The notes beneath the pieces are model-generated. The model was not told the origin of the DNA and did no database searches. It saw nothing but the letters and a program-made list of their open reading frames with translations. Shown here piece after piece: positions 1 to 10,255 of a stretch of 64,000 bases of DNA. Origin of the DNA: Propionibacteriaceae bacterium (GTDB lineage: Bacteria; Actinomycetota; Actinomycetes; Propionibacteriales; Propionibacteriaceae); NCBI GenBank assembly GCA_009780915.1, contig WQZD01000002.1, positions 185,499 through 249,498 on the forward strand, written 5' to 3'. How positions within the stretch are numbered: position 1 is the first letter of the stretch; every line of letters begins with the position of its first letter. A program made the position numbers and the translations under genes.

Positions 1-14
1 AGGGAAAGGCGTTC

Positions 15-548
15 ATGACGGCTCGTGGACCCGTGTCGAAGCCGATCATATGGATTCTCTCGCTGATTCTCGTCGGCGTCGGCGTGGACCAGGCCACGAA
101 GGCCATCGCCATCGCCACACTCACCCCCGGGGTGCCGGTCCGGGTGGTCGCGGACCTACTGCAATTGCAATTGCTCCGTAACCCCGGCGCGGCCTTCTCG
201 ACCGGATCATCCATGACCGTCGTGTTCTCCGTGCTGGCCGTGATCGTCCTGATCGCCGTGAGCGTGTGGGTGGTTCCCAAGGTCCACTCCAGGGTCTGGG
301 CGATCGCCGTCGGTTTGGGGATGGCAGGGATCACGGGGAATTTCATCGATCGTGTCTTCCGGGCCCCTGGGCCGCTGCGCGGGTACGTGGTCGACTTCTT
401 CGCCGTCAAGTATTTCGCCGTGTTCAACGTCGCCGACATCATGTTGACGGCGGCAGCCGTCCTGATCGTCCTGATCGCCATGGTGTTCAAGATCGACATG
501 TCCGGACGCCGCGTCACAGTCGGCGAGGACACCCGCCAGGTCGGGTGA
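15..548 (+). CDS. lspA: Lipoprotein signal peptidase (signal peptidase II)
   Basis: 177 aa with multiple TM segments. LspA-type motifs are present: NPGAAFS and FNVADI. It precedes an RluD-like gene, as is typical. Confidence 0.9.
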   Translation: MTARGPVSKPIIWILSLILVGVGVDQATKAIAIATLTPGVPVRVVADLLQLQLLRNPGAAFSTGSSMTVVFSVLAVIVLIAVSVWVVPKVHSRVWAIAVGLGMAGITGNFIDRVFRAPGPLRGYVVDFFAVKYFAVFNVADIMLTAAAVLIVLIAMVFKIDMSGRRVTVGEDTRQVG

Positions 549-554
549 GGCGTC

Positions 555-1469
555 ATGCCGATCGCCATCGTTCCCGACGGGTTGTCTGGCCTCCGTGCCG
601 ATGTGGGCGCCGCCAGGCTGTTCGGCTTCGCCCGGTCCAAGGTGGAGCAGGCCGCTGAGCATGGGGGTCTCCTCCTCGACGGAGTAGCGGTGTCCAAGTC
701 CGAGAAGCTGCGGGCGGGTTCCCTCCTGGAAGTGGAGATCGACGAGCCGCGCGTCGTGCGCGTCCAGCCCAACCTGGTCGAGGGAATGACCATCGTCTAC
801 GATGACGCCGATCTGGTCGTCGTGGACAAACCGGCCGGAATCGCGGCCCATCCGAGCCTGGGCTGGGACGGTGGGTCCGTCGTCGAGCACCTCGCCGCCG
901 CCGGGTACTCCCTGTGCTCCTCGGGGCCCGAGGAGCGTCAAGGCATCGTCTCCCGCCTGGATGTGGGGACGTCCGGCCTGATGGTCGTGGCCAGGTCCGA
1001 CATGGCGTACACGAGCCTGAAACAGGCCTTCCGGAACCGGGAGGTCCACAAGGTCTACCACACCCTGGTCCAGGGGTATCCCCATCCGGACGAGGGCACC
1101 ATCGACGCGCCCATCGGGCATGCCCGGACTGGGGAGTGGAAGATGGCCATCGCCGCCGACGGGCGGGCGTCCATCACCCACTATCAGACGCTCGAGACGG
1201 TCGCCGGCGCGACCCTCCTCACAATTCACTTGGAGACGGGACGCACCCACCAGATCCGCGTCCACATGGCCGGGATCCGGCATCCCTGCGTGGGCGACAT
1301 GTTGTACGGCGCCGACCCCGTGCTCGCCGCTCGTGTCGGACTGTCCCGGCAGTGGCTCCACGCGATGGAGCTCGGGTTCGTCCATCCCCGGTCGGGACGC
1401 GAGGTCCTATTCACATCCGCGTACCCCCCCGACCTCCAGCACAGCCTGGACATGTTGCGCCAGGGGTAG
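555..1469 (+). CDS. rluD: RluA-family rRNA pseudouridine synthase (RluD-like)
   Basis: N-terminal S4-like region, catalytic motif SRLDVGTSGLMVVA, and conserved HQIRVH. Confidence 0.85.
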   Translation: MPIAIVPDGLSGLRADVGAARLFGFARSKVEQAAEHGGLLLDGVAVSKSEKLRAGSLLEVEIDEPRVVRVQPNLVEGMTIVYDDADLVVVDKPAGIAAHPSLGWDGGSVVEHLAAAGYSLCSSGPEERQGIVSRLDVGTSGLMVVARSDMAYTSLKQAFRNREVHKVYHTLVQGYPHPDEGTIDAPIGHARTGEWKMAIAADGRASITHYQTLETVAGATLLTIHLETGRTHQIRVHMAGIRHPCVGDMLYGADPVLAARVGLSRQWLHAMELGFVHPRSGREVLFTSAYPPDLQHSLDMLRQG

Positions 1470-1530
1470 ACGCGCCTGGACGAGCCTGCGTCTCGTTGGT
1501 TTCTCCCTTGGTTTCCCGTAGGGTTGAACC

Positions 1531-2958
1531 GTGCGCAGAGCGAAAATCGTCGGAACCCTCGGTCCGTCCGCGAGTGACGTCGACCGTTTGGTCGACCTCA
1601 TCGACGCGGGGATGGATGTGGCCCGTTTGAACATGAGTCATGGGGACCATGACAGCCACGAGCGGACCTTGGCCAACCTCCGTGAGGCCTGTGACCGTGC
1701 CGGGAAATCGGTGAGCGTGTTCATCGACCTTCAGGGGCCGAAGATCCGTCTCGGGACCTTCGCGAACGGCCCTGTGACCGTGGCCGAGGGCGACCTCTTC
1801 ACGATCACCACCCGCGACGTGCCCGGCGACCAGCACATCTGCTCGACCACCTTTCTCGGCCTGCCCCAGGACGTCCATCCCGGGGACTCCATTCTGATCG
1901 ACGACGGACGCATCGCTCTGCGGGCGGTACGGGTGCTCGACACGGATGTCGAGTGCCAGGTGGTCGTCGGTGGGCCGGTCAGCGACCACAAGGGGATCAA
2001 TCTGCCCGGGGTGGCGGTCAACGTCCCCGCCCTGTCCGACAAAGACGAGGCGGACCTGCGCTGGGGCCTGGCGCAGGGGGTCGACCTGGTCGCCCTGTCC
2101 TTCGTGAGGTCGGCGGCCGACGTCGAGCCCGTCCACGCCGTCATGGACGAGGTCGGCGCCCGGATCCCCGTGATCGCCAAGATCGAGAAGCCCCAGGCCA
2201 TGGACAACCTGGACCAGATCATCGACGCCTTCGACGCCTTCATGGTGGCTCGTGGAGACCTCGGCGTGGAGCTTCCCTTCGAGGACGTGCCCCTGGCGCA
2301 GAAGAAGATCATCCATGCGGCCCGCACGTGGGCGAAGCCTGTGATCGTGGCCACGCAGATGCTGGAGTCCATGATCGAGGCGCCGCGCCCCACGAGGGCG
2401 GAGGCCTCCGACGTCGCCAACGCCGTCCTCGACGGCGCCGACGCGGTGATGCTCTCCGGAGAGACCTCCGTGGGGTCCTATCCTGTGGAGGCGGTGACCG
2501 CCATGGCTCGCATCATCCAGGCGGTGGAGGACCACGGCATGACGGAGATCGATCCGATCCAGTGGGACCCGCACACCACCTCCGGCGTCGTCACCTGGGC
2601 CGCCGCCTTGATCGCCCGGCAACTGGACGCCCGCTACATCATCGGGTTCTCCCTCAAGGGCGACACTGTCCGGCGACTGGCGCGTCTGCGCACGACCATC
2701 CCCATCTTGTGCTTCACCCCGTTGGAGACGACCAAGCGCGAACTGGGCATCGTGTGGGGTCTGGACGTCTTCGTCTCCCAGACCCATACCGCCGAGTCGA
2801 TGCTGGCCGAGATGGACGAGACGCTCCTGGAGCGGGGCCTCGTCAAGCCGGGCGACCGGCTGGTGGTCATCTACGGGACGCCCATGGGCGTGACCGGGAA
2901 GACGAACACGGCCCACGTCCACAAGGTGCGCCGTCACACGCGCGAGACGCGAGGCTGA
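1531..2958 (+). CDS. pyk: Pyruvate kinase
   Basis: GTG start. N-terminus RRAKIVGTLGPS, plus MVARGDLGVE and ATQMLESM motifs. 475 aa. Confidence 0.95.
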   Translation: MRRAKIVGTLGPSASDVDRLVDLIDAGMDVARLNMSHGDHDSHERTLANLREACDRAGKSVSVFIDLQGPKIRLGTFANGPVTVAEGDLFTITTRDVPGDQHICSTTFLGLPQDVHPGDSILIDDGRIALRAVRVLDTDVECQVVVGGPVSDHKGINLPGVAVNVPALSDKDEADLRWGLAQGVDLVALSFVRSAADVEPVHAVMDEVGARIPVIAKIEKPQAMDNLDQIIDAFDAFMVARGDLGVELPFEDVPLAQKKIIHAARTWAKPVIVATQMLESMIEAPRPTRAEASDVANAVLDGADAVMLSGETSVGSYPVEAVTAMARIIQAVEDHGMTEIDPIQWDPHTTSGVVTWAAALIARQLDARYIIGFSLKGDTVRRLARLRTTIPILCFTPLETTKRELGIVWGLDVFVSQTHTAESMLAEMDETLLERGLVKPGDRLVVIYGTPMGVTGKTNTAHVHKVRRHTRETRG

Positions 2959-2974
2959 GACCCAGGGAAGAGGA

Positions 2975-4069
2975 ATGATGCGCATCGCACAATTGGCCAA
3001 CTTCGTCGGCCCCACGTCCGGGGGGCTGCGCAGGGCCGTGGACAAGCTGGGACGGGGGTACATCCGAGCCGGTCACGATCGTCTCCTGATCATCCCCGGC
3101 CCCGACGACTCCGTCGTCACCGACGAGTCCGGCACCATCGTCACGGTGGCGTCGCCGGCCTTGAGCGCTGGGTACCGCATGGTGGCGAACGTGTCGAAGG
3201 TACGGGAGGTGCTGGCCAGATTCCAGCCCACGAGCGTCGAAGTGTCCGACAAGTGGACCATGTCGGCGGCGGGGCTGTGGGCCAAGAAGCACGGCGTGCC
3301 CTCCGTCCTGCTCTCGCACGAGCGGCTGGACGACATGGCCAGCATGTTCCTCGAACTGGAAGTGGCCGGCCAGGTCCACCTGCTCAACCAATGGCTCGCC
3401 GGGATCTATGACCGTGTGGTCGTCACCACCCGGTACAGCGCGGGGGAGTGGATCAACACGAGGGCCAACCTCAGCGTCCACCATCTGGGCGTGGACCTGG
3501 ACGAGTTCAGCCCCGACCCTCGTCGGCGTGAGGAGTCGCCGACGATACGGCTCATCTACGCCGGACGTCTGTCCCGTGAGAAGAGCCCCCACTTGGCTGT
3601 GGCCACGGCCGTCGAGTTGGACCGGCGCGGGGTGGACGTGCAACTCAACGTCTTCGGCACGGGTCCGAATGTCGACGAGCTGAGGGCGTTGGCCGGAGAC
3701 TCCCCGGTGTTCTTCCACGGCTACCTCGACTCCCGGGCGGCATTGGCCAGCGCCTACCGAGAAGCCGACATCGCCATGTCCGTGTGCCCCGCCGAGACCT
3801 TCGGCCTCGCCGTCCTGGAAGCGTTGGCCTGCGGCACCCCCGTGGTGACCGCCGACCGTGGAGGGGCGAGAGAACTGGTGGACGCCAGTTGCGCGGAGTG
3901 GGCCTCCCCGGATCCCGTCTTCCTCGCCGACGCCGTCATACGGATGGCCGAGCGCGTCACCCGCCACGAAGAGACCTTGCGCCGCGCCGCTCGGGCGTGC
4001 GCGGAACGGTACCCCTGGGATGTGGCCATCGAGGGGATGCTGGGCGTCCATGAGAGCCTGACGCGATAG
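2975..4069 (+). CDS. Glycosyltransferase, GT4 (GT-B fold) family
   Basis: 364 aa. C-terminal GT1/GT4 signature ETFGLAVLEALACGTPVV. The acceptor cannot be assigned from sequence. Confidence 0.8.
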   Translation: MMRIAQLANFVGPTSGGLRRAVDKLGRGYIRAGHDRLLIIPGPDDSVVTDESGTIVTVASPALSAGYRMVANVSKVREVLARFQPTSVEVSDKWTMSAAGLWAKKHGVPSVLLSHERLDDMASMFLELEVAGQVHLLNQWLAGIYDRVVVTTRYSAGEWINTRANLSVHHLGVDLDEFSPDPRRREESPTIRLIYAGRLSREKSPHLAVATAVELDRRGVDVQLNVFGTGPNVDELRALAGDSPVFFHGYLDSRAALASAYREADIAMSVCPAETFGLAVLEALACGTPVVTADRGGARELVDASCAEWASPDPVFLADAVIRMAERVTRHEETLRRAARACAERYPWDVAIEGMLGVHESLTR

Positions 4070-4083
4070 CCCGTACGAGCCTG

Positions 4084-4131
4084 AACGACACGACACCCCC
4101 GGACATGAGCGTCCGGGGGTGTCGTGTCGTT
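4084..4131. terminator. Bidirectional hairpin terminator between the convergent GT gene and sodA
   Basis: Perfect 21-bp inverted repeat: AACGACACGACACCCCCGGAC, a 6-nt loop, then GTCCGGGGGTGTCGTGTCGTT. Confidence 0.6.
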
Positions 4132-4160
4132 GGTTCAGGAGGGGTCCTGGACCGGGTGGG

Positions 4161-4772
4161 TCACAGGAGACCGCCGGCCTGGGCACGGGCCTTCTCGTAG
4201 CGTGCGGCCACGTCCGCCCAGTTGACCACGTTCCACCACGCGGCCACGTAGTCGGCCTTGACGTTGCGGTACTGCAGGTAGAAGGCGTGCTCCCACATGT
4301 CGAGGACCAGCAACGGGATCTGGGCCGCCGGAAGGTTGCCCTGGTGGTCGTACTGCTGGAAGGTGCTCAGACGAGACCCGCAGACGTCCCATGCCAGCAC
4401 CGACCATCCGGAGCCCTGGATCGTCATGGCGACCTCGGTGAACTGCTTCTTGAAGGTGGCGAATCCGTTGAACCCTTCGCCGATGGCCTCGGCCAAGGCG
4501 CCGACGGGCTCTCCGCCACCGTCCGGCGACATGTTCTTCCACGCCAGCGAGTGGTTGATGTGTCCGCCCAGGTTGAAGGCGAGGTCTTTCTCCAGTTTGG
4601 CGACAGTGGCGAAGTTCCCGGTGTCGCGGGCTTCGGCCAGTTTGTCCCAGGCGGTGTTCGCGCCGGTGACGTACGCCTGATGGTGTTTCGAGTGATGCAA
4701 CTCCATGATCTCAGCAGCGATATGGGGGGCCAGGGCTGAGTAGTCGTAATCAAGGTCGGGCAGTGTGAACAT
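4161..4772 (-). CDS. sodA: Fe/Mn superoxide dismutase
   Basis: MFTLPDLDYDYSALAPHI start and the FNLGGHINHSLAW and DMWEHAFYLQY motifs. A GAGGAAG RBS lies 7 nt upstream of the ATG at 4772, so the ORF-track start at 4790 is less likely. Confidence 0.93.
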   Translation of the reverse strand: MFTLPDLDYDYSALAPHIAAEIMELHHSKHHQAYVTGANTAWDKLAEARDTGNFATVAKLEKDLAFNLGGHINHSLAWKNMSPDGGGEPVGALAEAIGEGFNGFATFKKQFTEVAMTIQGSGWSVLAWDVCGSRLSTFQQYDHQGNLPAAQIPLLVLDMWEHAFYLQYRNVKADYVAAWWNVVNWADVAARYEKARAQAGGLL

Positions 4773-4935
4773 AAGTACTTCCTCTTTCATGTGTGATGAC
4801 GTGACTGGAATCGTCTCATCGCTGAACCACGGTCATCCCATGGTCATCGATCGAAGATAACACAGGAGGGATCGGATGCTGAAGCCAGCCGTCTGCGTGC
4901 CGACGATGGCAGACATCCACCTCGTGTGACACTGA

Positions 4936-5553
4936 TCAGGGTATCACCGATTCATCTGCGGACCGCCGTGCCCGCAGGACCCTGAATCCCTGGGAAGATC
5001 CCAGGCGGTCGACGGACCATCCCTGATCGCGCAACCAGGAGTGCAGGGAGTCGGCGCCCAGGTTCTTGCTCACGACCAGCGTGGCGCACCCCTGCGGCGT
5101 CAGGCGCGGCAGCCAGGTCGTCAACAGCAGGTGGAGCGCGGGCTTGCCGATGCGGATGGGGGGATTGGACCAGATCTCGTCGTACTGGGCATCGGCGGGG
5201 ACGTCGTCAGGAGCGTAGACGCGAACACGATCGCCGAGATCCATCGTCGACGCGTTGCGCGCGGTCAGGTCCAGGGCTCGCTCGTTGACGTCGACGGCGT
5301 CCACCCGCGCCTGCGGGCAGGCACGGGCCAGGGCCGTGGCGATGGGCCCGAATCCGCAGCCGAGGTCCAACATGCGGGCGGGACGGTCCTCGGGAGGATC
5401 GGTCAGCCGGAAGAGGACGGACGTGCCCGGGTCCAGCCGGGTGGACGAGAACACTCCGCTGGCGGAGGAGAAGCAGTACTCCTGGCCCCAGATGACGGCC
5501 CGCACCTCGTGGGGGGTCTGATCCGATGTCGGGGTGTGGAAGTAATGGCTCAT
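4936..5553 (-). CDS. Class I SAM-dependent methyltransferase (RsmC/MTS small-domain type)
   Basis: SAM motif LDLGCGFGPIA and substrate motif NPPIRIGK. A 4-nt overlap with the truA stop suggests an operon. Confidence 0.75.
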   Translation of the reverse strand: MSHYFHTPTSDQTPHEVRAVIWGQEYCFSSASGVFSSTRLDPGTSVLFRLTDPPEDRPARMLDLGCGFGPIATALARACPQARVDAVDVNERALDLTARNASTMDLGDRVRVYAPDDVPADAQYDEIWSNPPIRIGKPALHLLLTTWLPRLTPQGCATLVVSKNLGADSLHSWLRDQGWSVDRLGSSQGFRVLRARRSADESVIP

Positions 5554-6380
5554 GCGTGGCTCCCTCGTCGTGACCGCGCCTGGAGGGCGCGTTCCGCCAG
5601 GCGGTCCTCCGGCGGGTACTCCACTTCCTCCAAGGTGAGGCCATGAGGTGGCATGACCAGGATGTCATTGCCACGCCGGTCGGCCTGGAGGTGGGAGTCG
5701 ATCCAGTCGATGTCGCGTCGGTGACGTCCCACGGTCACGAGTGCGCCGACCAGGGAGCGCACCATGGAATGGCAGAAGGCGTCGGCCTGGACGGTGATCT
5801 CGATCAGGTCATCGGGGCGGCGATCCACCTCGCATCGCAGGAGCGTGCGTATCGTGGTGCCCTCGTCGCGGCGGCGGCAGAAGGCGGCGAAGTCGTGCAG
5901 GCCGAGGAGGCGCTCGGCGGCCGAGGACATGGCGTCGGTGTCCACAGGGTGCGAGAAGGCGACCGCATAGGAGCGGCTCAACGGATCGACCGTATGGGGG
6001 CAGTCCCACAGGCGGTACACGTACCGACGGCTGATCGCGGAGAAGCGGGCGTCGAAATCCTCAGTCGTGCGGCGCACGGCGTGGAGGGCGATGTCGGGCG
6101 GCAGGACCTTCGGGAGCCAGTCGAGCAAGGCCTCCTCGGTGGGATGGGGGTCCTTGTGGGGACGGGCGACCTCCTCGGGGAGGTCCATGTGGACCACCTG
6201 GCCCCGGGCGTGGACGCCGGCGTCCGTCCGACCGGCGCACACCGACGACGGCGGCTCGTCCAGACGGAGCACTTGTGCGATCGCTGATTCCAGCGTGCCT
6301 TGGACGGTGCGCAGACCGGGTTGACGCGCCCACCCGGAGAAGTCGGCGCCGTCGTAGGCCAGGTCGAGGCGTGCTCTCAT
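5550..6380 (-). CDS. truA: tRNA pseudouridine(38-40) synthase
   Basis: MRARLDLAYDGADFSGWARQPG start and catalytic GRTDAGVHA. The start at 6380 forms an ATGA overlap with the trmB stop. The 520-aa track ORF is an upstream in-frame artefact. Confidence 0.9.
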   Translation of the reverse strand: MRARLDLAYDGADFSGWARQPGLRTVQGTLESAIAQVLRLDEPPSSVCAGRTDAGVHARGQVVHMDLPEEVARPHKDPHPTEEALLDWLPKVLPPDIALHAVRRTTEDFDARFSAISRRYVYRLWDCPHTVDPLSRSYAVAFSHPVDTDAMSSAAERLLGLHDFAAFCRRRDEGTTIRTLLRCEVDRRPDDLIEITVQADAFCHSMVRSLVGALVTVGRHRRDIDWIDSHLQADRRGNDILVMPPHGLTLEEVEYPPEDRLAERALQARSRRGSHA

Positions 6381-7096
6381 CGGGGGTCCTCCAGGCGGTA
6401 GGCGAGATCCACGATCGTCCTGCCTGCGGCGATGCCCCGGGACTCGAATTTCGTGACCGGACGGGTGGCGAACCTGTCGGTGGACGACACGGCGAATCGA
6501 GGATCCGCGTCGAGAGCCTCGGCCATGGCCTGGGCGTACGACTCCCAGTCGGTCGCCAGTCGCAGGATCCCCCCGGGGACGAGCTTGGTCGCGATCAAGT
6601 CCAGGAAGGAGGGGGAGACGAGCCGGCGTTTGTGGTGGCGTGTCTTGTGCCACGGGTCGGGGAAGAAGACCCAGACCTCGGTGACACTGGCGTCCGGCAG
6701 CAGGTGGGACAACCCGCTCACGGCGTCGGCGCACACCAGGCGGACGTTCTCGATCCCGTTGGACGCGAGTTTGCCGAGGGTGGACGCGATCGACGCTTCG
6801 AAGACCTCGAACCCGAGGAAGTTCGTCTCCGGGTGCGCGGTGGCTGCCGCGAGGAGGGTCTCGCCGTGGCCGCAGCCGATCTCGACGACCAGGGGCGCGG
6901 GACGGGAGAAGACGGCGCTCAGATCGAGTGGCGGCTGCTCTCCCACCGACGTGGCCAGGTCTCCCGGGGCGACCTCCAGGACCCAACGGTCGCGATGCTC
7001 GTCCAACCAGGACCGCTGGGAAGCGGTCATACGCGGGCTGCGTCGGACATAGCTCACCACCGAACGGCGAGGGCGGTCGTTTGGAAGTTTGTCCAC
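6377..7096 (-). CDS. trmB: tRNA (guanine46-N7)-methyltransferase
   Basis: EIGCGHGE SAM motif and FPDPWHKTRHHKRRL signature. GTG start; an internal ATG at 7030 is an alternative. Confidence 0.9.
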   Translation of the reverse strand: MDKLPNDRPRRSVVSYVRRSPRMTASQRSWLDEHRDRWVLEVAPGDLATSVGEQPPLDLSAVFSRPAPLVVEIGCGHGETLLAAATAHPETNFLGFEVFEASIASTLGKLASNGIENVRLVCADAVSGLSHLLPDASVTEVWVFFPDPWHKTRHHKRRLVSPSFLDLIATKLVPGGILRLATDWESYAQAMAEALDADPRFAVSSTDRFATRPVTKFESRGIAAGRTIVDLAYRLEDPR

Positions 7097-7183
7097 ACCC
7101 GAATTGTGTCACATCGACTCAAGTTCTTCCCCTCTTCGAGCCTGTGTCGAGGCGAAGGCTGGTCGCCCCGGTAAGCTGTTCGG

Positions 7184-7789
7184 GTGGATCATGCCTATCT
7201 CTTCCTCTCAACCTTCGTCACGTTGTTCGTGATTTTGGACCCGCCGGGACTCCTGCCGGTGTTCCTGGGTCTGACAAGGCCGATGACCAGCAGGCAACGG
7301 AACCAGGCGTCCCTGAGGGCCTCCCTGGTGGCGCTGGGCGTGATCGCCGTCTTCGCCGTCTTCGGCAAGCTGATCCTGAAGTACTTGCAGATCTCCGTGG
7401 CGGCTCTCCAGGTCTCTGGAGGACTGCTGCTGCTCTTGGTCGCCCTCCAACTATTGATGGGTGAGCACGACCAGGTGGACGAGGACGGCCCCCGTCCCGT
7501 CAACGTCGCCATCGTCCCGCTGGGGACCCCGTTGTTGGCGGGTCCGGGCGCGATCGTCGCCATGATGGTCGCCGTCCAAGGGGCGCACGGCCTCGATTAC
7601 ATGGTGGTCGCCGCCGCGTTGATCGCGGCCATGGTGTCGGTGTACGTGTTCTTGAGATTCGCCTCTGGCATCCATCGGGTCCTCAAGGACGCCGGGACCA
7701 TCCTGCTCACCCGCATCGCCGGAGTCCTCCTCGCCGCCATCGCCGTCCAGATGATGGCGGATGGCGTCATCGCGTTCATCCGAGGGTGA
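7184..7789 (+). CDS. MarC-family (UPF0056) integral membrane protein
   Basis: 201 aa with about 6 TM segments. N-terminal FVTLFVILDPPGLLPVFLGLT is typical of the MarC family. Confidence 0.85.
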   Translation: MDHAYLFLSTFVTLFVILDPPGLLPVFLGLTRPMTSRQRNQASLRASLVALGVIAVFAVFGKLILKYLQISVAALQVSGGLLLLLVALQLLMGEHDQVDEDGPRPVNVAIVPLGTPLLAGPGAIVAMMVAVQGAHGLDYMVVAAALIAAMVSVYVFLRFASGIHRVLKDAGTILLTRIAGVLLAAIAVQMMADGVIAFIRG

Positions 7790-7880
7790 TCGGCCCCAGG
7801 TGACATGCTGAGCGAGATGGCCCGATGAAGGGCTGATTCGCTTTGAACCACCACTGAACCGTAGAATCATCCAAGGTCGT

Positions 7881-7953
7881 CGGGGCGTAGCGTAGTGGCT
7901 AGCGCGCCTGCTTTGGGAGCAGGAGACCGGAGGTTCGAGTCCTCTCGCCCCGA
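7881..7953 (+). tRNA. tRNA-Pro (anticodon TGG)
   Basis: Cloverleaf readable by eye: acceptor CGGGGCG/CGCCCCG, anticodon arm CCTGC-TTTGGGA-GCAGG, T-arm GGAGG-TTCGAGT-CCTCT. No encoded CCA. Confidence 0.9.
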
Positions 7954-8216
7954 CTCAGGTGAATCACACAAGGTTGTCATTGGGTTCACGTATGGTCCGA
8001 CCAATATCCCGTCGGCATGTTATGAGTGCCGCCCGGCACTCGATTGTCGTGGTACATACCACTAACATTACACATTTATGAAGACTGGTGTATTGCCTTT
8101 GACTAGGTATTATGAAAGCCTTGACCCCTCAGGATTACTCCGATTATTCTCAGAAATGTGAAGTGGAAGGCTACTCCACCATCACCGGTCCACATGGTAG
8201 TGGACGGAGAACTATT

Positions 8217-8468
8217 ATGATCCCCAAGCTGTCCAGTCGCCAATTACTCATCATTGCCATCATCTGCGCGATGTTGGCCCTGATAGGCGAAGTGACAACC
8301 TTCATAGCATCGTCCGAATTCCCGTCAACACTCAGGATCATCGTCTGGAAGACCGCCCGTTATGTCGGTCCCCTCAGTATGGCTCTGGCCGCCGGCTCAT
8401 GTGTCGTACGGCATCTCGAAGAGCCCATCCATACTGAGGTTCAGTCCAGGATTAGCCACACGGCATAG
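8217..8468 (+). CDS. Hypothetical small membrane protein (orphan)
   Basis: This is the only ORF in a low-GC stretch. It has two hydrophobic segments (LLIIAIICAMLALIGEV and GPLSMALAAGSCVV). I recognise no family. The track start at 8112 is an alternative. Confidence 0.3.
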   Translation: MIPKLSSRQLLIIAIICAMLALIGEVTTFIASSEFPSTLRIIVWKTARYVGPLSMALAAGSCVVRHLEEPIHTEVQSRISHTA

Positions 8469-8742
8469 TCTCAGCGCCTCAACGTTCTTCGTCCCATGAG
8501 GGTCCCACGCCGTCCCAGATCCTCCTCTTGACGCACCTGTGCAAGCGAGTACCGTGGTACGGGAGACCACTCATCGATCATAGGTCGGGAATCGAGGGCT
8601 TGGCGTATGCCTGGTCGGGCAGGGGAGACACCTCCACGGGAAGCGGCGTCTCGTCCCTCATGATGGGCATGCGTCTCACCGCTGTGGGACTGGCGGGACA
8701 TCAGCGGGGGGACCCGCTCACTCAGGAGGAGGAGTGACCAAC

Positions 8743-10254
8743 ATGACACAACACTTGACAAGGCAGAATGGCGCCCCTGTGGCGGATCATCAGGACGTGC
8801 TCACGGCAGGTCCGCGTGGACCCATGGCGTTGCAGGACATCTGGTATCTGGAGAAGCTGGCGCATTTCGACAGGGAGGTGATACCCGAGCGCAGGATGCA
8901 CGCCAAGGGCAGCGGCGCTTTCGGCACTTTCACGACCACGCATGACGTGACCGAGTACACGAAGGCCGCCCTGTTCTCCACGATAGGGAAAAAGACGGAC
9001 GTCTTCGCGCGATTCTCGACAGTCGCGGGGGAGCGGGGCGCCGCCGACGCGGAGAGGGACATCCGAGGGTTCGCCGTCAAGTTCTACACGGAGGAGGGGA
9101 ACTGGGACATGGTGGGTAACAACACCCCGGTGTTCTTCCTGCGGGACCCCATCCATTTCCCCGATCTGAACCACGCCGTCAAGAGGGATCCGAAGACGAA
9201 TATGCGGTCGGCGCAAAACAATTGGGATTTCTGGACGATGCTGCCGGAGGCCCTCCATCAGGTCACGATCGTCATGTCGGACCGGGGAATCCCGGATGGA
9301 TACCGTCACATGCACGGGTTCGGGAGCCACACGTACAGCCTGTACAACGCGAAGAACGAGCGGGTGTGGGTCAAGTTCCACTTCAGGACATGCCAGGGGA
9401 TCAAGAACCTCACGGACGATGAAGCGGCCGCGATCATCGCCAAAGACCGGGAGAGCGCGCAGAACGACTTGTTCTCGGCTATCGAGCGCGGAGACTTCCC
9501 CCGATGGACCATGTCGATCCAGGTGATGACCGAGGAGCGGGCACGCCACCACCGGGACAACCCCTTCGACGTCACCAAAGTGTGGAGCCACAAGGAGTAC
9601 CCCTTGATCGAGGTGGGGGTCCTGGAGCTCAACCGCAATCCAGAGAACTACTTCGCCGACGTGGAGCAGTCCTCGTTCAACCCCGCCGACATCGTCCCGG
9701 GAATCGGGCACTCCCCGGACAAGTTGTTGCAGGGCCGCCTCTTCGCCTACGGGGACGCTCAGCGGTACAGGCTCGGCGTGAACTTCCAAGAGATTCCGGT
9801 CAACGCGCCCAAGGTTCCCGCCCACTCGTACCATCGGGACGGGAGCATGCGCGTCGACGGGAACCACGGCGCCACGAAGGGCTACCACCCCAACAGCTTC
9901 GGTGAGTGGCAGGCGCAGCCCGCGTACAAGGAACCGCCGCTTGCTCTCGACGGTCCTCTGGATCACTACGACCAGTACGAGGACGACGATTGCTTCTACC
10001 AGGCGGGTGATCTGTACCGGCTGATGACCCCCGACAAGCGTGACCTGCTCATCTCCAACACGGCTGCGAACATCGCGCCGGTCACGAGCAACGTCAAGTA
10101 CCGGCATGCGGCTCACTGCTATCTGGCCGACGAGGAGTACGGGCGCCGCATCGCCGAGGCTCTCGGGCTGAGCCTGAGCAGGGTGCAGGAGCTGGCCGCG
10201 ATGAGTCGCGAGGACAGGCTGGACGCCACGAGCGACGCAGAGTGGAAGGAATGA
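8743..10254 (+). CDS. katA: Monofunctional heme catalase
   Basis: [18 protein letters not shown]-type active-site region (here [22 protein letters not shown]), plus the [12 protein letters not shown] motif. An AGGAGGAGG RBS lies upstream of the ATG at 8743. Confidence 0.95.
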   Translation: MTQHLTRQNGAPVADHQDVLTAGPRGPMALQDIWYLEKLAHFDREVIPERRMHAKGSGAFGTFTTTHDVTEYTKAALFSTIGKKTDVFARFSTVAGERGAADAERDIRGFAVKFYTEEGNWDMVGNNTPVFFLRDPIHFPDLNHAVKRDPKTNMRSAQNNWDFWTMLPEALHQVTIVMSDRGIPDGYRHMHGFGSHTYSLYNAKNERVWVKFHFRTCQGIKNLTDDEAAAIIAKDRESAQNDLFSAIERGDFPRWTMSIQVMTEERARHHRDNPFDVTKVWSHKEYPLIEVGVLELNRNPENYFADVEQSSFNPADIVPGIGHSPDKLLQGRLFAYGDAQRYRLGVNFQEIPVNAPKVPAHSYHRDGSMRVDGNHGATKGYHPNSFGEWQAQPAYKEPPLALDGPLDHYDQYEDDDCFYQAGDLYRLMTPDKRDLLISNTAANIAPVTSNVKYRHAAHCYLADEEYGRRIAEALGLSLSRVQELAAMSREDRLDATSDAEWKE

Positions 10255-10255
10255 G

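Noticed and set aside
207-3063. Long antisense or alternative-frame ORFs such as 207-1385(-), 1411-3063(-) and 1953-2978(+). Similar ones occur throughout the window, for example 8722-10368(-), 25509-26930(-), 36242-38137(-), 51768-53687(-) and 57666-59666(-).
   Set aside because: They lie opposite or out of frame to genes with unmistakable conserved motifs. Their translations are Arg/Pro/Gly-rich and low in complexity. Long spurious open frames of this kind are expected in high-GC DNA.
5550-7112. A 520-aa ORF that could be read as one large protein.
   Set aside because: Only the C-terminal 276 aa (from MRARLDL at 6380) are TruA. The upstream part is an Arg/Pro-rich read-through overlapping the trmB gene in another frame.
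8471-8761. A 96-aa minus-strand ORF upstream of katA.
   Set aside because: It overlaps the katA RBS and start in antisense. It has a low-complexity Arg/Ser-rich sequence and no ribosome-binding site.
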